A DNA stretch of 64,000 nt from Deltaproteobacteria bacterium (GTDB taxonomy: Bacteria > Myxococcota_A > Polyangia > Polyangiales > Houyiibacteriaceae): the NCBI GenBank assembly GCA_019313915.1, contig JAFDAJ010000010.1:20167-84166 (forward strand), written 5' to 3'. Every line of letters begins with the position of its first letter. Within the stretch, counting starts at the first letter, position 1. The notes below the pieces were generated by a model. It worked only from the letters and a program-made list of their open reading frames with translations, made no database searches and had not been told where the DNA came from. Positions 60,655 to 64,000 of the stretch are shown piece by piece. The position numbers and the translations under genes were made by a program.

Positions 60655-61017
60655 ATGATCTGCGTCACCAATCGCATCCCCGTAGCCGAGGGCTATGAAA
60701 TCGACTTCGAAGACCGCTTTCGCAAGCGTGTTCATCTCGTGGACCAAGCCAAGGGCTTCATTCGCAACGAAGTGCACCGGCCGCGTCCGATGAAGCTCGA
60801 CCATCAGACCGGCGAGTGGACGCCCGGACCGGCGGGCACAGGGTCCTACGAGGTCAAAACCTGGTGGGAATCGTTCGATGACTTCGTCGCCTGGACGACG
60901 AGCCCGTCGTTCGCGGAGGCGCACCGCAGCCGCCCTCCCAAAGAGATGTTCCGCGGCCCGAATGAGCTGACGATCCACGAAGTGTTCTTGAACACGGACC
61001 ACGCGGAGACGCTGTGA
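60655..61017 (+). CDS. ABM-fold monooxygenase, IsdG/HmoB-like heme-degrading family candidate
   Basis: 120 aa. An N-terminal Asn (VTNRIP) plus the pattern WWESFDDFVAWTTSPSFAEAH (W.S...F..W..S..F..AH) mirror the Asn/Trp/His triad region of IsdG-type heme oxygenases. Confidence 0.6.
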   Translation: MICVTNRIPVAEGYEIDFEDRFRKRVHLVDQAKGFIRNEVHRPRPMKLDHQTGEWTPGPAGTGSYEVKTWWESFDDFVAWTTSPSFAEAHRSRPPKEMFRGPNELTIHEVFLNTDHAETL

Positions 61018-61191
61018 GTGAGGTCATCCTTCGTGACTCTGCCGTCTTCATACCGTCCAGCGCCTGGGCAATCATGGCGCGCAAGCCTGGGCGATAGTTG
61101 TCGGGGCGATAGGGCGGGACAAACTGCCGGCGAAGGCGTCCGGAAGCCCTCGAGCCGACTGCCTTCATTGTGTCGTCCGCACACATTGCGC

Positions 61192-61219
61192 TTGACCGAA
61201 CTAGAACCTGTTCTAAACT
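61192..61219 (+). promoter_or_regulatory. sigma70-like promoter with embedded operator palindrome (P450 operon)
   Basis: TTGACC-N16-TAAACT. The 14-bp palindrome TAGAACctGTTCTA (61202-61215) occupies the spacer and part of the -10 element. Confidence 0.4.
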
Positions 61220-61277
61220 AAGTTTAGTTTACATGTAGTAAAGTTGTATCCGGCGTGCCGGATCTTCGGAGGATCCT

Positions 61278-62480
61278 TTGGAAAACAAGTGCCCAGTGAG
61301 GTTTCAGAACCTCGATTTCTGCGCCCCTTCGACGCACGACAACCCGTACGAGATGTACGACTACTTCCTCGAGCATGAACCGATTCGCTTCGATGAGACA
61401 AACGACCTTTGGGAGGTCTTCCGGTACGACGACATCGTCGCGATCGAGCGTGACGCGGAGACCTTCATCAACGGTGAAGGCGTCCGGCCAAACATCCCAC
61501 CTGACCCGGGCATGATCTACCAGGACGGCGAGCTGCACAACAAGCAGCGCGCGCTGGTCTCTTCCGGTTTCACGCCGCGGCAGATGCGCAAGATGGAGGC
61601 CCGGGCGCACGAGATCGTCGTCGACCTCGTCGACAAGATGCTCGCCAAGGACGAGGTCGAAATCGTCACCGGTTTGGCGGGTGCGCTCCCGGCACGACTG
61701 ATCGCCGACATGCTGGACATCCCGCAAGAAAAGCGCACTGCGGTCTTGAACTGGATCAACCTCATCATCGCCGGCGGATGCGGCCCCGATTACGTCAGCG
61801 ACGAGGTCAACGACGCGTTCAGCAACTTCTGTGAGCATCACGAAGAGATGTACCAGGATCGCATTGCTGCTGGCTGCACGGGCACCGACCTCCTCACCAT
61901 CTGGATCAATGCCGAGATCAACGGCGAGAAGCTCGACGAATCGCAGCTCCTCTTCGAGCATGTGTTGCTCAACGTGGGCGGGGCGGAAACCACGCGCAGC
62001 GCGATCGCGGGCGGCCTCGAGCGGCTCTCCAACGACCAGGAGCAATACGATGCGCTGTACAACGACCCGTCTCTGATTCCAAACGCGGTCGAGGAGATCC
62101 TTCGCTGGGTGTGCCCCTTCGTGAACATGTACCGCACGGCGACCCGCGACTACGAGCTTCACGGCAAGGTCATCAAGGAAGGCCAGCAGGTCGGACTCAC
62201 CTACCCCGCCGGCAACCGCGACCCCCGGAAGTTTCCGGATCCACACACCTTCAACATTTTCCGCGACTTCTCGAAGGAGGCGAAGCATCTCTCGTTCGGG
62301 CTCGGGCCGCACTTCTGCTTGGGTTCGTCGCTTGCTCGGTTGGAGATTCGCCAGTCGCTCGAGGAGATGACACAGCGGGTCAAGCGCATTCGGAGCCCCG
62401 AGGGCAAGCCGCCCGAGTACGTGTCATCTTCGTTTGTTCGCGGCCTCTCCAAGTACCCGGCGATTCTCGAACCTCGCTGA
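61278..62480 (+). CDS. cytochrome P450
   Basis: Cys-ligand loop FGLGPHFCLGSSLA, ExxR (EEILRW) and I-helix GGAETT. TTG start, 4 nt after GGAGGA. Confidence 0.93.
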   Translation: MENKCPVRFQNLDFCAPSTHDNPYEMYDYFLEHEPIRFDETNDLWEVFRYDDIVAIERDAETFINGEGVRPNIPPDPGMIYQDGELHNKQRALVSSGFTPRQMRKMEARAHEIVVDLVDKMLAKDEVEIVTGLAGALPARLIADMLDIPQEKRTAVLNWINLIIAGGCGPDYVSDEVNDAFSNFCEHHEEMYQDRIAAGCTGTDLLTIWINAEINGEKLDESQLLFEHVLLNVGGAETTRSAIAGGLERLSNDQEQYDALYNDPSLIPNAVEEILRWVCPFVNMYRTATRDYELHGKVIKEGQQVGLTYPAGNRDPRKFPDPHTFNIFRDFSKEAKHLSFGLGPHFCLGSSLARLEIRQSLEEMTQRVKRIRSPEGKPPEYVSSSFVRGLSKYPAILEPR

Positions 62481-62492
62481 GGAGGCCATCCC

Positions 62493-62891
62493 GTGGGTTC
62501 GGAAGCCGCAGAAGAAAAGACACCGTACGAGCTTCTCGGAGGCGACGACGGCGTGCGGAAGCTCACCTCAGACTTTTACGGGCTGATGGACACGTTGCCT
62601 GAGGCCGCGCCGACTCGCGCGATGCACAAGGGCGACCTGTCGGAAATGACCGACAAGCTCGGAACGTTCCTGATCGGTTGGCTGGGCGGGCCGCAGCGCT
62701 ATCAGGAGCGCTTCGGCCGGGTGATCATTCCGCTTGCTCACAAGCCGTTTCCGATTGGGCCGGCCGAGCGTGACCAGTGGCTGATGTGCATGCATGGCGC
62801 GATCGAAAAGACGTCGCTCGACGCATCGATGAAGGCGCGGTTGATGGACTCGTTCGGGCGAATGGCCGAGATGTGCCGCACAAAGGATTGA
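62493..62891 (+). CDS. group II truncated haemoglobin (trHbO-like)
   Basis: PYELLGGDDGVRKLTSDFYGLM...FLIGWLGGPQRYQERFG...PLAHKPFPIGPAERDQWLMCMHGAI aligns by eye with the trHbO helix B/E and proximal-His (H-x-P-F) regions. Confidence 0.8.
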   Translation: MGSEAAEEKTPYELLGGDDGVRKLTSDFYGLMDTLPEAAPTRAMHKGDLSEMTDKLGTFLIGWLGGPQRYQERFGRVIIPLAHKPFPIGPAERDQWLMCMHGAIEKTSLDASMKARLMDSFGRMAEMCRTKD

Positions 62892-62917
62892 CGACTCACA
62901 TTGAGAAGGGCTGAACC

Positions 62918-63109
62918 ATGAAGATCGTGTTCGACAGAAGTAAATGCAAACTGCACGCCCAGTGCCGCGGCGCCGCCCCCGAGCTCTTCTCGTTTGCCGA
63001 CGACGGAAGTCTCGTCATTCTCGACGAGAGCCCGCCCGAAGAGCTTCGCGAAGCGCTCCAAGATGCAGTCGACGCCTGCCCGGAACAAGCGATCTCGATC
63101 GGAGAGTGA
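62918..63109 (+). CDS. small ferredoxin (P450-associated 3Fe-4S type)
   Basis: 63 aa: MKIVFDRSKCKLHAQCRGAAPELF..AVDACPEQAISI. It has the CxxHxxC...CP cluster pattern typical of actinobacterial and myxobacterial P450 redox partners. Confidence 0.8.
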   Translation: MKIVFDRSKCKLHAQCRGAAPELFSFADDGSLVILDESPPEELREALQDAVDACPEQAISIGE

Positions 63110-63111
63110 GA

Positions 63112-63132
63112 AACGGGGTCTGACCCCTTTTT
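63112..63132 (+). terminator. intrinsic terminator after the ferredoxin gene
   Basis: GGGGT-ctg-ACCCC followed by TTTTTG. Confidence 0.6.
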
Positions 63133-63154
63133 GTGTGTGGTAGGTTCGCGGTCG

Positions 63155-63769
63155 ATGTCGAGACTGCCGAAGGGGCTCGTGCGGGGGGATGACGACCTTG
63201 CTCGCTGTTGGTGGGGGGCAAGCGCGCCGGATTACGCTGCCTATCACGACGAGGAGTGGGGCTGGGCAGTGCGTGATGATCGGCGGCTCTTCGAAAAGAT
63301 TTGCCTCGAAGGGTTTCAGTCGGGGTTGAGCTGGCTGACGATCTTGCGCAAGCGCGAGAACTTCCGGAAGGCGTTTGCGGGGTTCGACTACCATCGGGTT
63401 GCTCGGTTCAATCAACGCAGCGTGGGGCGGCTTCTCAACGATGCGGGGATCGTGCGGCACCGTGGCAAGATCGAGTCGACGATCAACAACGCCAAGCGCG
63501 CGATCGAGCTGGAAGAGGAGTTTGGATCACTTTCTGCGTTTTTTTGGGAATGGGTGCCGCCCAAGAGCGAGCGTCCACGAAGGATGACGCAGGGGTCTCT
63601 GATGAAGCTCGCGAAGACCCCCACGTCGACGGCGCTGAGCAAAGAGCTCAAGGGTCGCGGATGGTCGTTCGTGGGTCCGACAACCGCATACGCCTTCATG
63701 CAGGCTATGGGACTGGTGAACGATCATTTGGAGGGTTGCTTCGTCCGCGAACGCATCGCAAGAAGCTAG
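63155..63769 (+). CDS. tag: DNA-3-methyladenine glycosylase I
   Basis: YHDEEWG, EGFQSGLSWLTILRKRENF and GPTTAYAFMQAMGLVNDH. Starts at ATG 63155. Confidence 0.93.
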   Translation: MSRLPKGLVRGDDDLARCWWGASAPDYAAYHDEEWGWAVRDDRRLFEKICLEGFQSGLSWLTILRKRENFRKAFAGFDYHRVARFNQRSVGRLLNDAGIVRHRGKIESTINNAKRAIELEEEFGSLSAFFWEWVPPKSERPRRMTQGSLMKLAKTPTSTALSKELKGRGWSFVGPTTAYAFMQAMGLVNDHLEGCFVRERIARS

Positions 63770-63770
63770 C

Positions 63771-64000
63771 GTGTTCGAGCTCACCGATACTTTCTACGGA
63801 AACGAAATCAAGATTTGGCTGATCGCCCTCGCGGTCGGCATCGGCACTTTGATCGCTCTGCGCCTCATCGAGCAAGTGTTGATCGTCCGTGTGGCCCACC
63901 TCACCAAGAAGACGAACACCATCCTGGACGATGTCGTCGTCGGTGCCCTCCGCAAGACGAAGCTTCTCTATCTGTTCATCGTGTCGACGTTCGCGGGCTC
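63771..64000 (+). CDS. mechanosensitive ion channel (MscS family), N-terminal fragment running off the right edge
   Basis: Hand translation from GTG 63771: VFELTDTFYGNEIKIWLIALAVGIGTLIALRLIEQVLIVRVAHLTKKTNTILDDVVVGALRKTKLLYLFIVSTFAG. This is the typical MscS-family N-terminal TM1 / TKTxLDD / TM2 layout. Confidence 0.6.
   Translation, partial: MFELTDTFYGNEIKIWLIALAVGIGTLIALRLIEQVLIVRVAHLTKKTNTILDDVVVGALRKTKLLYLFIVSTFAG

Noticed and set aside
60854-61186. Minus-strand 110-aa ORF in the ABM/P450 spacer (GRLRRQFVPPYRPDNYRPGLRAMIAQALDG...).
   Set aside because: It has no stop until deep inside the ABM gene on the opposite strand, and it has no motif. It is probably a chance open frame, though a decayed regulator remnant cannot be excluded without BLASTX.

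Overview
GC-rich, densely packed bacterial chromosome segment of about 58 protein genes. I found no rRNA, tRNA, CRISPR array, transposase or integrase. The gene content suggests a myxobacterium-like (Myxococcota) genome, but that is inference only: a Hanks Ser/Thr kinase, a CarD/CdnL regulator next to recA, a Myxococcus-type LexA box, many long antisense ORFs, and Ala/Glu-rich tails on ribosomal proteins. Almost everything is housekeeping: an IVD-like acyl-CoA dehydrogenase with a TetR regulator, a beta-oxidation pair (hydroxyacyl-CoA dehydrogenase and thiolase), proS, Slt, trxB, feoAB, tpx, tkt, pntAA/AB/B, dnaB, rplI-rpsR-rpsF, pth-ctc-prs, hisIE, cdnL, recA-cinA, an M16 peptidase pair, glmS, lolA, argJ, secA, fur, argS, gpmI and tag. 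I do not see a convincing new multi-gene system such as a defence island or secretion cluster, and I say so plainly. The items worth a second look are these. (1) The 157-bp tpx/tkt spacer is one long hairpin with strand-biased G.U pairing and CTAG on both flanks. (2) A heme-themed cassette holds an IsdG-like monooxygenase and a P450, truncated haemoglobin and ferredoxin operon behind stacked palindromic operators. (3) Three conserved genes have reading-frame or start-codon anomalies (rpsF, hydroxyacyl-CoA dehydrogenase, dnaB). These may be assembly errors or real recoding. (4) Several intergenic simple-sequence or palindromic elements sit at 1.6, 8.9, 32.7, 33.7 and 44.1 kb. Coordinates of hand-located motifs may be off by 1-2 nt.
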